A DNA stretch of 64,000 nt from Curvularia clavata. Taxonomy: Eukaryota. The notes beneath the pieces were generated by a model that had not been told where the DNA came from, made no database searches, and saw only the letters and a program-made list of their open reading frames with translations. Where the stretch lies: the NCBI GenBank assembly GCA_023920165.1, contig CP089276.1, positions 2,542,001 through 2,606,000 on the forward strand, given 5' to 3'. How positions within the stretch are numbered: position 1 is the stretch's first letter; each line of letters opens with the position of its first letter. Shown piece by piece: positions 25,731 through 36,727 of this stretch. Both the position numbers and the translations under genes were made by a program.

Positions 25731-27585
25731 ACGTAGTTTACAAGCGAGTGAGCCATACAAGCGAGTGAGCCACCCCACCAACTTTGCGCACCTCTATAAG
25801 CGTATAGCTCCACCACATTACATTGGTTTTGATAGATATTAACGCAATAGATTAATTATTATCTATACTATCTTTCTTGCATGTACGTGAGTTATGGCCA
25901 GTCTCTCTACACCTGCTACAGCGCGCTAGAGCCTGGCGGCTGACACCTGATCGCTCTCCTCCCTGACGCTCCTCACGAGTAATCTGCTCATCAGCCTCAC
26001 GTTGAGCGAGTATATCCTCTCCAGCTCCCTTTGTAAGGACTCCACGCTTCTGTATCCGCTTCTTCTTACGCCTTCTACGCTCCGATACTACTGTATTAGC
26101 TCTCTCAAGACTAGCAATCCGATCGCGCATTAGCTCAGCTGAAAGCATTATTACCTCAGCCCCCTTCTTAAGCTGGTTAATTGCCGCGATAATCGAAGTA
26201 GGCGAAGAGCCTTGATGCCGCTGGACACGATTACGTATTAACGTTGATTGAGCTTCAAGCTCGCGTGTATTGCTAGGCGTACGAGCCTGCCAGAGAACCT
26301 CTGCTAGAGCAGCTGGAGGAGTAGGCGTACGCAGCTGCACGTCAAGCTTTGACAGAACAGCGTCTGGCTGGAGAGGGACAAGGCCTGCGCCTCGAAAAGC
26401 TGAGCAGATATTGGCTGCCGTAAAGGATCGATCAAAGGCTGCCTTAAACGCTGGCAGAAAGTCGAGCTTGGTGATGTGGTTGATGTGGTTGCGTATTAGG
26501 CTCTCCACCTCACGGCTGTACGCGCGCTTTAACGGTGAGAAACAGCCAACGTCAAGAGGCTGGAGTAGGTGAGAGGAGTGGGGCGGCATACAGAGCGTAT
26601 AGATATTGTTCTCCTTGCAGAGCTCTTGGAACTCAAGTGACTGGTGACTCTCATGGCCGTCAAGAATAAGCAGCCGGCGTGCTCCAACAACCTTGCCATC
26701 TGTATGCTTGATAAAGTGCTTTAGCCACTCAACTCCTAGCTCGTTAGTCGTCCAGCCGTTGTCACTAACTGCGATCGCCCAGTCGCGTGGGATCTCTGCC
26801 TCCTCGTACCAGGCAGATAGGTGATGCTTGCCAGTAAAGATAAGAAATGGTGGGATAGACCAGCCAGCTGCATTGATCCCAGCGATAAACGTTACCCACT
26901 CTCGGCTACCTGGCTGGATAGCCTTTGGCCGGGCTCTTCTCTCTGATGCTGTAACAACAAGCTGAGTGGTAATCTTGCCCATTGAAAAGCCAGCTTCGTC
27001 AAAGTTGTAGACGTCCTTGTCACAGATGCCGTACTTGGCCTTTGTCTGCTCTACAAGCTCAAACCAGCTCTTAATTAAGACTGGGTCTTCACATAGAGCC
27101 CTCTGCCTATCGTACGCTCGATTGAAACGCGTCGTAAGACTGTCTGTACGCTTGACAAAGTTGCGCGGCCAGTGGACGCCAACCTGGCCAGCGCCGCGCG
27201 CAGCCAGGAGTCTGTCAGCCATATCGCGCACAGCAGCGTAGGTAGGCGAAAATCCACGTAGATCCAGATCAAGTATATGATTGACTATCACCTCCTCTTC
27301 TAGCTTGGTAAGCTTCTTTGAGTTGGGCTGGCAATCGCGTCTAGCAAGCCTACCAGCGCGTCGGCGGTGGAGGGTAGCGCGAGAGACATTAAATGTAGCT
27401 GCAGCGCGCCTTTCAGTTTGGATTTGATTTTTCTTAAGAGCTGATACTGCAAGGTGTACATTAGCCTCACGAGAGACGTGTTGGGATATATTTGGTGGAG
27501 TCATTGTATATTGCAACAAGAGAGGTGCGCAAAGTTGGTGGGGTGGCTCACTCGCTTGTATGGCTCACTCGCTTGTAAACTACGT
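25731..27585 (-). mobile_element. Fot1/Pot2 (pogo-like, Tc1/mariner superfamily) DNA transposon, full length 1855 bp
   Basis: Perfect 65-bp TIRs (25731-25795 and 27521-27585) starting ACGTAGTT, each with a doubled TACAAGCGAGTGAGCCA. TA TSD at 25729-30 and 27586-87. Confidence 0.97.
25852..27504 (-). CDS. Fot1-family DDD transposase (HTH_psq, CENP-B HTH, DDE_1, C-terminal CCHC knuckle)
   Basis: YNFDEAGF, LILDGHESH, QPLDVGCF and CSRCRETGHNSRTC; uninterrupted ORF. Confidence 0.95.
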   Translation of the reverse strand: MTPPNISQHVSREANVHLAVSALKKNQIQTERRAAATFNVSRATLHRRRAGRLARRDCQPNSKKLTKLEEEVIVNHILDLDLRGFSPTYAAVRDMADRLLAARGAGQVGVHWPRNFVKRTDSLTTRFNRAYDRQRALCEDPVLIKSWFELVEQTKAKYGICDKDVYNFDEAGFSMGKITTQLVVTASERRARPKAIQPGSREWVTFIAGINAAGWSIPPFLIFTGKHHLSAWYEEAEIPRDWAIAVSDNGWTTNELGVEWLKHFIKHTDGKVVGARRLLILDGHESHQSLEFQELCKENNIYTLCMPPHSSHLLQPLDVGCFSPLKRAYSREVESLIRNHINHITKLDFLPAFKAAFDRSFTAANICSAFRGAGLVPLQPDAVLSKLDVQLRTPTPPAALAEVLWQARTPSNTRELEAQSTLIRNRVQRHQGSSPTSIIAAINQLKKGAEVIMLSAELMRDRIASLERANTVVSERRRRKKKRIQKRGVLTKGAGEDILAQREADEQITREERQGGERSGVSRQALARCSRCRETGHNSRTCKKDSIDNN

Positions 27586-28565
27586 TACACCTCCTTGTCA
27601 ATCAGTTTTTGGATTGCAATCCGCTATTGATATTCAGGCACGATCTCAGACGCCTTACCTCAATAGAGATACAATGTTTAGCTGGACATTAAGATTCTCG
27701 AGAGTATCAGGACGGCAGCCTGTTGATCGACTGTTGCTAATCTAATTATCGAATGTTAATACCCCGTTACACCAGTGTATACGCAAATAAAGATATGTAT
27801 GTTCCTGGCTGGATTACTACCAGATAACACATCGAGGTTTCCCGCGAGAAGTCTAAAATGCTTTTACCTATCAAAGCAATATCTTACTTCTAAGCTCCCT
27901 ATGTGGGAACGAATACGGTATTTCACTTGCTAGCAATGCGCTAAGAATACTAAAGACTGAAAAGTATGCCAACTCGTAACTTCTTGATTCAGACCTCTCC
28001 ATCTTGTATGCACTATTTATTTCTTTTCGCATGATTGCAGCCTGTATGAAAATCATCTGGGTCAGGAATTGAGTATTCTTTTGAGATTTCATCACCACGT
28101 TTTCTCGTATGCGCTCTCTGAGTATTGCTTGGCATCAGATATTTCAGGTGCTGTATTCTATTAATCTCAACTGACAGGTTATATAGTCTCCAACGCTTGC
28201 CTATATGCAGTCTTTCAAGGTTATTAGTACCTGTCGGCTCTACGATATTAATAGTTGCAAGCAGGTAGACGAGAAAAGTAATCAGCCTGGACGATGAGTT
28301 TAGCCGGGAAAACGTGTAATGACTTCACCATGCAAGTCAGCAGCTATGCGTCTCTAATTTCGATTCTTGCTCGATCTCGTGAATCTTCTACCTTTCGGCC
28401 CCAATCGTGTTTCATAGCCATGATGATTACTCCTTTGCTTCACTTTCAGGGGATTTCCTTTCTCGTCGTATCATAGGTTGATTAAGAGCTTGCCATATAT
28501 GTAGGCAGTCATCTACAGCCGAAGCACGCGTGTTTTTGCTTTCCGGGTCTAATAATTTTCCTTAT

Positions 28566-29799
28566 TTACAGCTTACCCCTCCTGCTATCGACGGCTTGTC
28601 TGAGCTTCTTGATCACCTCACCAGGGTCTGAAGCGCCGAAGACCGCACTGCCAGCAACAATGACATTAGCGCCAGCATCGGCAGCCTGATCAATAGTTTT
28701 TTCGCTTAGGCCGCCGTCGACCTCGATGTGTAGCTCGGGATACTTTTGTCGAAGTGCTGTTACCTTGGGAAGTTCTGAGGCCATAAAAGACTGGCCTCCA
28801 AAACCAGGTTCGACGGTCATGACCAGGACCATCTGCTAATGTTAGCGTCCATTTTACAGAGCACGTGAGGTGGCCAAGTTATGGTCCTTGATTCAAGAGG
28901 TTACTGATCCTGCCGCGGGTATAGCCAGCGACGTGGGCGGGCAAGGGTCGATGCATGGGCCGTGGAACAGCCGGTTGGGAGATGGCGAATGAATGAAGGG
29001 CCACTTGTGCAACATGCGGCAGACTTCTCGAAGAGGTTACGAATGCCGATATTGACAGTTGGCTGGTGCAGCAAACGTTTTCGTGCTTAAGCGCCGCCAC
29101 AGCGTGCCGCCGACACCCAAGCGAGGTCAGCCCTACAAGATTGAGTTTGCTCGACCCTATCCGAAGCCCATCTTACCCAGGTATAGCGCGCGCATTCCCC
29201 ATGCGTTATTGATTCCGGAAAGCATAAAGATAGCCGTGCAGGGAATATATACTTACATCAGGGACCTCGTCCTTGTTTGAGTTGTCCAATATGTCCCAAA
29301 GTACGTCAACAGGCGTGCTTGGCTTGATGGCAATACCGGCCTGCATGCCTTGGTCGTGTATGAAGCGAATGAGCTCCTTGGGTGATGTCTTGTGGTCCGA
29401 CTTTCCGCTGGGCGAGTCTGCGGCAGTCGAGGAGACGGCCGCTTCATAGTGGAAGCAGTACAAGTCGCAGCCGGCCTGCTTGAAGTCGCGCACCCAGCGC
29501 TTGGGCTCGGCGATCATCATGTGGCAGTCAAACGTGCCTTTGGCATATGCCGTGGCGGGGCGGTCGACGTGTGAGCGGATCTTGGTGACAACGGGGGCGC
29601 CAAAGGTCATGTTGGGCACGAAATGGCCGTCCATGATGTCGACCTGCACGTGTCAGTCGCGTGCATGACATGTCTACGACATTGAAACGCGTACATGAAG
29701 CCAGTCGGCACCTTGGGCGATTGTGTCGGAGCAGGCCTTGCCCAGAGCTGCGAAGTCGGCCGACAGAATGGACGGCGCAATGATGGCGGGCGGAGACAT
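28566..29799 (-). CDS. RPE1: Ribulose-phosphate 3-epimerase
   Basis: [57 protein letters not shown]. Exons 29799-29695, 29643-29257 and 28832-28566. Confidence 0.96.
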
Positions 29800-29998
29800 G
29801 GCTGGTGTAGTGTTGATGCGTATGTGTGGCGGAAGTGCGTCAATAGCAAACAAGGGACGACAATGGAGAGACGGAACGCTGTTAGAATATGCACGGTAGT
29901 CTGCTAGAGTGTTCACGATAGCTTTTTGGTGTTGTGACGACATCAGCCAGCGTCACGCCTACCCCTCCAGTGCCCCGCTTGCATGCTTGGCAAGCCTC

Positions 29999-30055
29999 AT
30001 CTCAGGCACCTCAGGCACCTCAGGCACCTCACCACCACCGTCACTGTCACCACCA
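29999..30055 (+). repeat. Short tandem repeats (CTCAGGCAC)x3 followed by (CAC)n
   Basis: Read directly; lies in the divergent promoter of RPE1 and the methyltransferase gene. Confidence 0.7.
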
Positions 30056-30826
30056 TGACTGACTGCTATGCCAGCCTCGCGAACAGGATTCAATGCCGGA
30101 CTCGCCAGGCTCGGCAGTAACCAAGAGATGGACTTACACAGGGCCCCATTGGGCGACTATGCTGTACAAGCCATGTACGCCTCGCTATTGGCCCGCCATG
30201 CACAAGGCGAGCGCTGCAAATAGCACAGCCCGGCGCTTACACAGAAAACACCCAACCACGTCGGACTTCACACCGCCTCTCTAGCCAGAAGCAGCAAGGC
30301 CGTAGTAAACAGCATCTTCATTGTAGATGCTGTTGGTCCAATCATGCCCTTTTCACCATGGTCGCCATGTCGTGGCCAGTATTGAGCCGCTATCGTCTCT
30401 CCACCCGCACTCAGCCCTCTACGCGAGTGGACGACCTGCTGGCCATGCAGCTCGGACAAATGCCACAGTAACACTAGCCCCACGACACATGGACGAGTAG
30501 GCGTCTATGTGCGATATATCCCTTCGTCGTCGCGCCCGCGCCGCATCTCCTCTTGCCTGCCATTCACTTCTAGCCCTCCTCCGAGCTCTCTTTGCCCTGC
30601 AAAGTCTTCGTTGATCGAAGCATTCCCCATTCTTTTACCAGTCGCCTGTTGATCAGCGTATTCCAGGGCTATAGCCCAACTTAATATCGCTTCCTTTCGG
30701 TCCCCGGTGCTTTCTGTATTTGGGTCCGCTTCCCGCCCACGCCGCACTCCCGCCCCCTCGGATTTCAAAAGTATCTTTAGTAATAATAGCAAAGAGGCGG
30801 TGCTCACGTCACCCCAATATACCAAC

Positions 30827-33499
30827 ATGCCAGAGATGCTTCAGCCGGCAGTATACCATCCTGCGGCACTTGGCACTAGGGTACATCCTCACAATGCCGC
30901 GTCTCCGCTGGACCAGAGACAGGCACTTAATACTACAAACGACGAATGTCCCATCCCCCCTTACTACTTCGCTTCAAGATACTCGACCGCTTCGGCATAC
31001 CAGCCCAGTGCTTCATCGCCCTTGAGCGTCGAGGACTTTCCCACCCCCAAGGCTCGCTTGTTCGACATGCCTCCACAGACCTCGCCTGTACAGTCAGCTA
31101 CATACTCGTCCACAAGCCGTGAAAGCCGTGCAGACAGCGACTTCGATTCCCTCTACGATATCACTGACGATGAAGCCGAAGTGCCTCTTCATGCCTCAGC
31201 ATCAGTCAAGAAGTTTGCAACGCAGTCAAAGCGAAGGCGCTATCCATCCATTGTTATCCCCTCGCCATCTGCTTGGCCAACCATTGAGAAGTTGAAGAGT
31301 GCAAACTCAGCCATACCGGTCACTCCCTCAATCTTACTAACCCCGTCTCGCCGATTTCTGGACATGATTGATTCCCATAATCTGCATGTGCCAGAACGCT
31401 CAGCCGCCCCATCCTTGGATGGCAGCCTCACATCGGAAGAGATGGACAAGCTCAGTTGCCCAGCTACCCCGGTCTCACAACGAAGGCGTGGATCCCTTTC
31501 GAGCGCTGACTCTTGGGGACCTGTGCAGCTGGACCTGCAAGCCATGGAGACACTCCAGCATCTTGGGAACTCGCCATCTACTGAGCAGTACGAGGAGCCC
31601 AGGCAGCAAGAACCCGAGACGAATGTGACCCATGGTGAAATGCGGGAAGTTTCGCGACCAAGCCTCGGGCTAAGCATTCCTTCTACTATTCTCGGAAATG
31701 GTTCATCTGGCAGTACACCCATTTCTGCACTCTCAGTGCCATCGCCAGGCGGTTTCTTCTCTTCACTGCAATCCACTGCCCGTCATACGTGGAGCATTCC
31801 CAAGCGGGACGAGTCGATCCCAAATACTTCCACGGCTGAGAGATTTTACAATCTTCCATGGGAGGGACAGAACCGAAGGAATACCTCCCCTCACCCCGCA
31901 CCGGCTGTACCAGCTGTACCGGCTCTCCCACGACGAAACTCGACGTTGGGAGGATCGACTCTTGATGGGTTTGACGAGCCGTTGCCGACATCTCGACCAG
32001 TGATTCTCAGTCCCACTGATGAGAATGTCGAGATCAAGGAGATCAATCCTAGTAAGACTGTCTTTCAATACAACGAAAACTACAATGCCGAGCTTCAAAA
32101 AATATCTTCGGTAAATCTCGAGATGACGGGTCGGTGGTTGGAAGAACAGGATGAGCTGCAAGCGTCGCTCCGCGATGGAAAGGATATTGTATCACCCAGT
32201 CTCTCCAGTGGAACCCACAGTCGTGGTAATTCGGTCGATAAGCCTGTCGTCAAGAAATCAGTCAAATTTGCTGACGAGCCGGTCAAGTCTCCGCTACCGG
32301 AGCCAGCTGCTGAGCTTGTTGTGACCTACGTTCAAGGCCTTGAGTATCTTCGCTCCCGTTGTCAGAAGAAGGACACATTCATCCACCGTCAAACACGTGC
32401 TGAGGCTCTGCATGTTCAGCGTCGATGCAGTCCTTCAGCTCACCGTGATCAGCTACTCGGCAAGTTTGAGCTCAGCCAGCCAGATCGTCCAGCGCCCCCG
32501 CGTCCAGTGTCTGAGTTCTTTGTCAACGACCCGACTGTTCTGAAGGAAAGGATTGCACGCGCACAAATGGAGCGCCAAGCGCTCGACCAGATGCTGCCGA
32601 TTCACTGGGTTCTGCAGGCACAAAAACAGCTTAATGGAGGAAAGCTGTTGAGCAAAGCTGCTGCACGACGGATTACGCGTGCTAGTTCACCTCGCATTCT
32701 CGACATTGGTGGTGTTGCGGCCAACGACTGGGCATGGGACGTTGCCTATGACTACCCATACGCCACCGTGACTACCGTCTACACAGCGGGCAACAACATG
32801 TCTTCCAATGTCAAAGGCCCAGATAACCACAAGCACATTACTGTCCCTAACCTGTGGACTCTTCCGTTTCCCTCTGGCCATTTCGACGTCATCTCTGCGC
32901 GGACACTGTACGAGCTCCTCAAGACAAGCAAGCCTGTGGGCAAGTCGTCGGACGAGTATGACTTGTGCCTGAAAGAATGCTACCGGTGTCTCAAGCCAGG
33001 AGGCATTCTTGACTACTCGCTCATGGATGCAGATGTTGTGCACGCAGGCCGCAATGCACAAGCAATGGGGGTTGAGTTTTGTTTCAATCTTAAGACACGT
33101 GGCTATGATGCGCAGCCTACCAAGGCATTTCTCCCCCGCATCTCAAAAGCTGGATTCAGGGATGTACACAGGGCATGGATGTTCCTACCTATGGGAAAGA
33201 CGGCAGCAAACTGGAGGGAGATGCTTGCGGTTGGTGCTGAGCCTAAGAACCAAGAACGGAGGATTGCAGAGGACGGCGGAATTGAATTTGAAGATGCACC
33301 AGTGTTTGGTACGACGATTGATGCTGCGATGCTGACGGGTATGGTCGGAAGCTGGGCATGGGAAAGGTGGCTGCTGAGATTGCAAATGGAGATGGGCAAG
33401 GACGAGGAGAAGTTGCTGGAGGGTGTGGTCAATGTGTTTGAGGAGGGTGCACAGGGACAGTCTGGATGGAGGACGCTTACTGGATGGGCAAGAAAGTGA
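30827..33499 (+). CDS. Conserved fungal protein: long S/P-rich disordered N-terminus + C-terminal SAM-dependent methyltransferase-like domain
   Basis: RILDIGG (motif I), LPFPSGHFDVIS, ECYRCLKPGGILD. First ATG at 30827; the ORF is open from GTG 30707. Confidence 0.8.
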   Translation: MPEMLQPAVYHPAALGTRVHPHNAASPLDQRQALNTTNDECPIPPYYFASRYSTASAYQPSASSPLSVEDFPTPKARLFDMPPQTSPVQSATYSSTSRESRADSDFDSLYDITDDEAEVPLHASASVKKFATQSKRRRYPSIVIPSPSAWPTIEKLKSANSAIPVTPSILLTPSRRFLDMIDSHNLHVPERSAAPSLDGSLTSEEMDKLSCPATPVSQRRRGSLSSADSWGPVQLDLQAMETLQHLGNSPSTEQYEEPRQQEPETNVTHGEMREVSRPSLGLSIPSTILGNGSSGSTPISALSVPSPGGFFSSLQSTARHTWSIPKRDESIPNTSTAERFYNLPWEGQNRRNTSPHPAPAVPAVPALPRRNSTLGGSTLDGFDEPLPTSRPVILSPTDENVEIKEINPSKTVFQYNENYNAELQKISSVNLEMTGRWLEEQDELQASLRDGKDIVSPSLSSGTHSRGNSVDKPVVKKSVKFADEPVKSPLPEPAAELVVTYVQGLEYLRSRCQKKDTFIHRQTRAEALHVQRRCSPSAHRDQLLGKFELSQPDRPAPPRPVSEFFVNDPTVLKERIARAQMERQALDQMLPIHWVLQAQKQLNGGKLLSKAAARRITRASSPRILDIGGVAANDWAWDVAYDYPYATVTTVYTAGNNMSSNVKGPDNHKHITVPNLWTLPFPSGHFDVISARTLYELLKTSKPVGKSSDEYDLCLKECYRCLKPGGILDYSLMDADVVHAGRNAQAMGVEFCFNLKTRGYDAQPTKAFLPRISKAGFRDVHRAWMFLPMGKTAANWREMLAVGAEPKNQERRIAEDGGIEFEDAPVFGTTIDAAMLTGMVGSWAWERWLLRLQMEMGKDEEKLLEGVVNVFEEGAQGQSGWRTLTGWARK

Positions 33500-33956
33500 T
33501 TGGATACATGGCTCGAAGAGGGTATGCATTACGGTGTAATGATGGATATGTGCATTTTGGTGTTTACAAGGGCTATTGGTTGGGTAGGGATAGGATTAGG
33601 CTGATACCATTGTGACAATTTTCTTTTGTAGATTGAATGGCAATATCATCAAGATGTCAAGTAAGACAATACTCTAGTCTGCCTCCATATTAACTTGTCT
33701 GTTGTTCTGATAGTCACGTAGAGCATGCGATGGTAGTGGTCGTCTGAGCGAAGTGGTTATGAAGCGATCAGCCGCACGCGCACCCCACACGGTCCCTGCG
33801 CAACCTCGTCGTCACTGCCAACCTGCGAGCAAGCTAGCCATCGACACCAAAAGTTACAGCAACAACCCCTCCTCGACCCAATACTCGCTACCGCGTGCCT
33901 CCTACGAGCATCGCGCTTCCATAATTCGCTTGCACCATCTGGACTGCGTGTCAATC

Positions 33957-34507
33957 ATGCTGTTTTTCAGGTACGTAGGTGGCCATTCGCGCATGGCCTG
34001 GACTGCAGAGAAGAGTGCGCAACATCACTCAGTCACTACAGTCAGAACATTGCTGGTTCATTTTGGTTTTTGACATGTGAATTGCTAACGTATTGCCCTC
34101 TTCCAGCTTCTTCAAGACGCTCGTCGAGCACGAAATCACCGTCGAACTCAAAAACGAAGTGCAGATCCGCGGGACGCTCAAGAGCGTAGACCAATACCTG
34201 AATATCAAGCTAGACAATGCAGAGGCGGTGGATGAGCTGAGGTGGCCGCATTTGGTACGTCTTTATTGGTGCATAGATACGGACACTGTGGTGCGGTGAG
34301 GGAGAGTGGAGGGGGAGAAGGAAATACAAGAGAGAAAAATCACGACGAAATGTGGCTAATTCGTGGGCGCAGTGCTCGACAAAAGACATGTTTATTCGCG
34401 GATCCGTGGTACGATACGTCCATCTTCCTTCTGGCGCGGTGGATACGGCTTTGCTGGAGGATGCGACAAGGAGAGAGGCAGAGGCAGCGAAGAACAAGGC
34501 GAAATAA
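33957..34507 (+). CDS. LSM2: U6 snRNA-associated Sm-like protein Lsm2 (3 exons)
   Basis: MLFFS|FFKTL..VELKN..IRGTLKSVDQYLNIKL..PHL|..FIRGSVVRYVHLP..LLEDATRRE. Confidence 0.93.
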
Positions 34508-35938
34508 TAAGGTACTAGGAGAATGAGTGAGGGGTCTTTGGAAGAGCAATACAGAGAGAAAGAGAGAGAGGCGTAGAAAGATGAAGAGATGGAAAGCAAA
34601 ATCATGCATTATGTTTCACGAAAGGCATGCATACAGGTTGACGAAGAAATCACCAACACCAGAGAGACATAGGAACAATGGGGGACAACGCCCGAGCGTT
34701 CTTGTCTCTACGTGTGAGATTGAGCAGGTTGAACCGGGAACTGTGGTCCTGATAACACAGACGAGACCGCCGCATGTGCCCAGTACAATTACATTCTTAC
34801 GTGTTATGAAGTTGGACGCCTAGGAATACGTATATTTGCATTCAAATATCCTATGAGAAGGAATACACACAGTCAACATGTTCATGGCCATTGCTTTTTT
34901 TTCTCTTCTAGCTTGAGACACGTTCTGGAATACCTAGCGCCTTGATTGTTGATTCAATCACAACAAAGCGTTTCAACGGCCCATCCTTCGGCGCTCAGAC
35001 GTCAAAAAACTTGACGAATTTCTTTCGGTGGCTTTTCGGTCAAGAGCAAAACGAAACGCAGGGTAGAGGTGGACCAAGGAGTCTCATATATTGCAGCAAG
35101 TTTATAGACGTATCATGGGGGATTATGCATAATGAGCATAATGTTTGGTGATGAGCATACAAACAACTACGGGAGAGGGTTGGTACAAGATGATGACGGG
35201 TTTCAAAAAGGGCTCTGTACGCCCCTGGTCATGTCCCGTCTTGGCAGGAGTGTATCTACACCGTCTTTACTTTGACGTCAAACCATGACAAGAGGACAAT
35301 TACTAGGCGCAATCCTAATCAAGCTTGATTTCTTCTCGCCCACCAGCCCCTTCACTTCTCACCCCCTTTGAAGGAGAGCGGCTAAAATACAGTTGTAGCG
35401 AGATGGTGATCCACTCTTACCGGCCGCATTCAAGTTAGCCTACAAAAGACAGTTTGGCGCAAGGGAGTCTGTGTTATAGGGTGGAGGGGGCATAATAGCA
35501 GCTGGCATGTGGCAAATGAGGGTGAGGTCGAACTTGGCCTTCTACATATGTCAATTCATGGACAGTCAGACGATATAGCCAGGATGACGCCAATGATCGA
35601 CACAGGGGGGCGCTGAATAGGGATTCCGCGCGCAGCCGCTTATTACGAAACTGGCCAGGTGGTGTGTGTTTGTTACCTACATACAAGTATAGGCGCAAAA
35701 CATGCCCTGCTGCTTTCAGCTGTACCGATGGAGCGGGATTCGATACTTGGCCAGGCGGCATGGCATCTAGGCGGCTCGAGACGATGTTTGCTTGCCGTTG
35801 ACATGGCCTGGAGGAACTCTATATCCTGGTAATGGTGGGCAATAAAGCCTCAACAGGGAGGATGGTGATGGTGGGCGGCTCGGCTTGGCGAACATGTGGC
35901 ACATGCATGTGAAGGGAGTGAAAGCCGAAGGCGAGGGG

Positions 35939-36597
35939 TTACTCGCACGTGGAAAGCATTTTCTTGAGCACGCCCATGAGGGTGCCGTTTTCAAGGGCCG
36001 CGGCGACGCGCTCCTTGTCACCCAGCTGCTTGTTAACCTGGTCGTCGGTGCTATGGGTGCCTTTTTTGATACGAACGTCGACGCGGAAACGCGGGGGCAA
36101 GGCTTGCTCAAGGCGGACACGCACACCGAGGCCGATGACGGTGGCTAGGGAGCAGTGGGTGATTGTTGGGGTGATTTCAACGACAACGGTGCTGATGTTT
36201 GACAGCGGCGAGGCGGGGGGCAGGATGCGGATGTCAGGCAAATTGACGACTGAGAGGGAGCCAAGCGACAGTGGGTGTTCGGGGTCGCAGATGGTGGAAA
36301 TGAGGTCTGTCATGCGTGGGGTCAGCCAAAACGAAATGACGCAGTTGGACGAGCAAATGACTGACCGTAGATTTCCTGTTCGTCAATGGGGTCCTGTTCT
36401 GCATCGTCGCTGTCCGAGTCGGCAGGCGAAACAGGGTCGTCCAGGGGGTCGGTGAGATAGGTGTAGCGCGGGATGAGGTCGTCGAACAGGCCTGTGCCGC
36501 CATGGTGCTGGCTCTTTCCTGTTGCAGCACTGCGGCGGGAGGGCAGATCCGATGGGTTGAGGATGGTGGGGTTGGCATTGTCCTTGTCAAGCTCCAT
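35939..36597 (-). CDS. CIA2: Cytosolic Fe-S assembly protein, MIP18/FAM96B (DUF59)
   Basis: DNANPTIL, IDEQEIY|DLISTICDPEHPLSL, TPTITHCSLATVIGL, NKQLGDKERVAAALEN. Confidence 0.93.
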
Positions 36598-36651
36598 GGT
36601 GCCAAGCGGAGGTGGATATAGCGTACGTGCGTAGGCGTGGGCGTGTGCAGT

Positions 36652-36727
36652 GAGTGTGTGTGGTGTGTGTGGTGGTGGTGGTGGTGGTAATAGTGGTGGT
36701 AATAGTAGTGGTGGTGGTGGTGGCGGC
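36652..36727 (+). repeat. Compound (GT)n/(GGT)n microsatellite upstream of CIA2
   Basis: Read directly; it produces spurious poly-H/P/T/G ORFs. Confidence 0.85.

Noticed and set aside
28895..28940. TPP riboswitch-like CTGATC...GCCAGCG
   Set aside because: It is antisense to RPE1 and lacks the upstream GCTGAGA element.
35222..35302. snR30/U17 snoRNA (AAACCAT near ACA)
   Set aside because: The m1 motif (ATATTCCTA) is absent and the m2-ACA spacing is 9 rather than 7 nt. Kept only as a generic hairpin finding.
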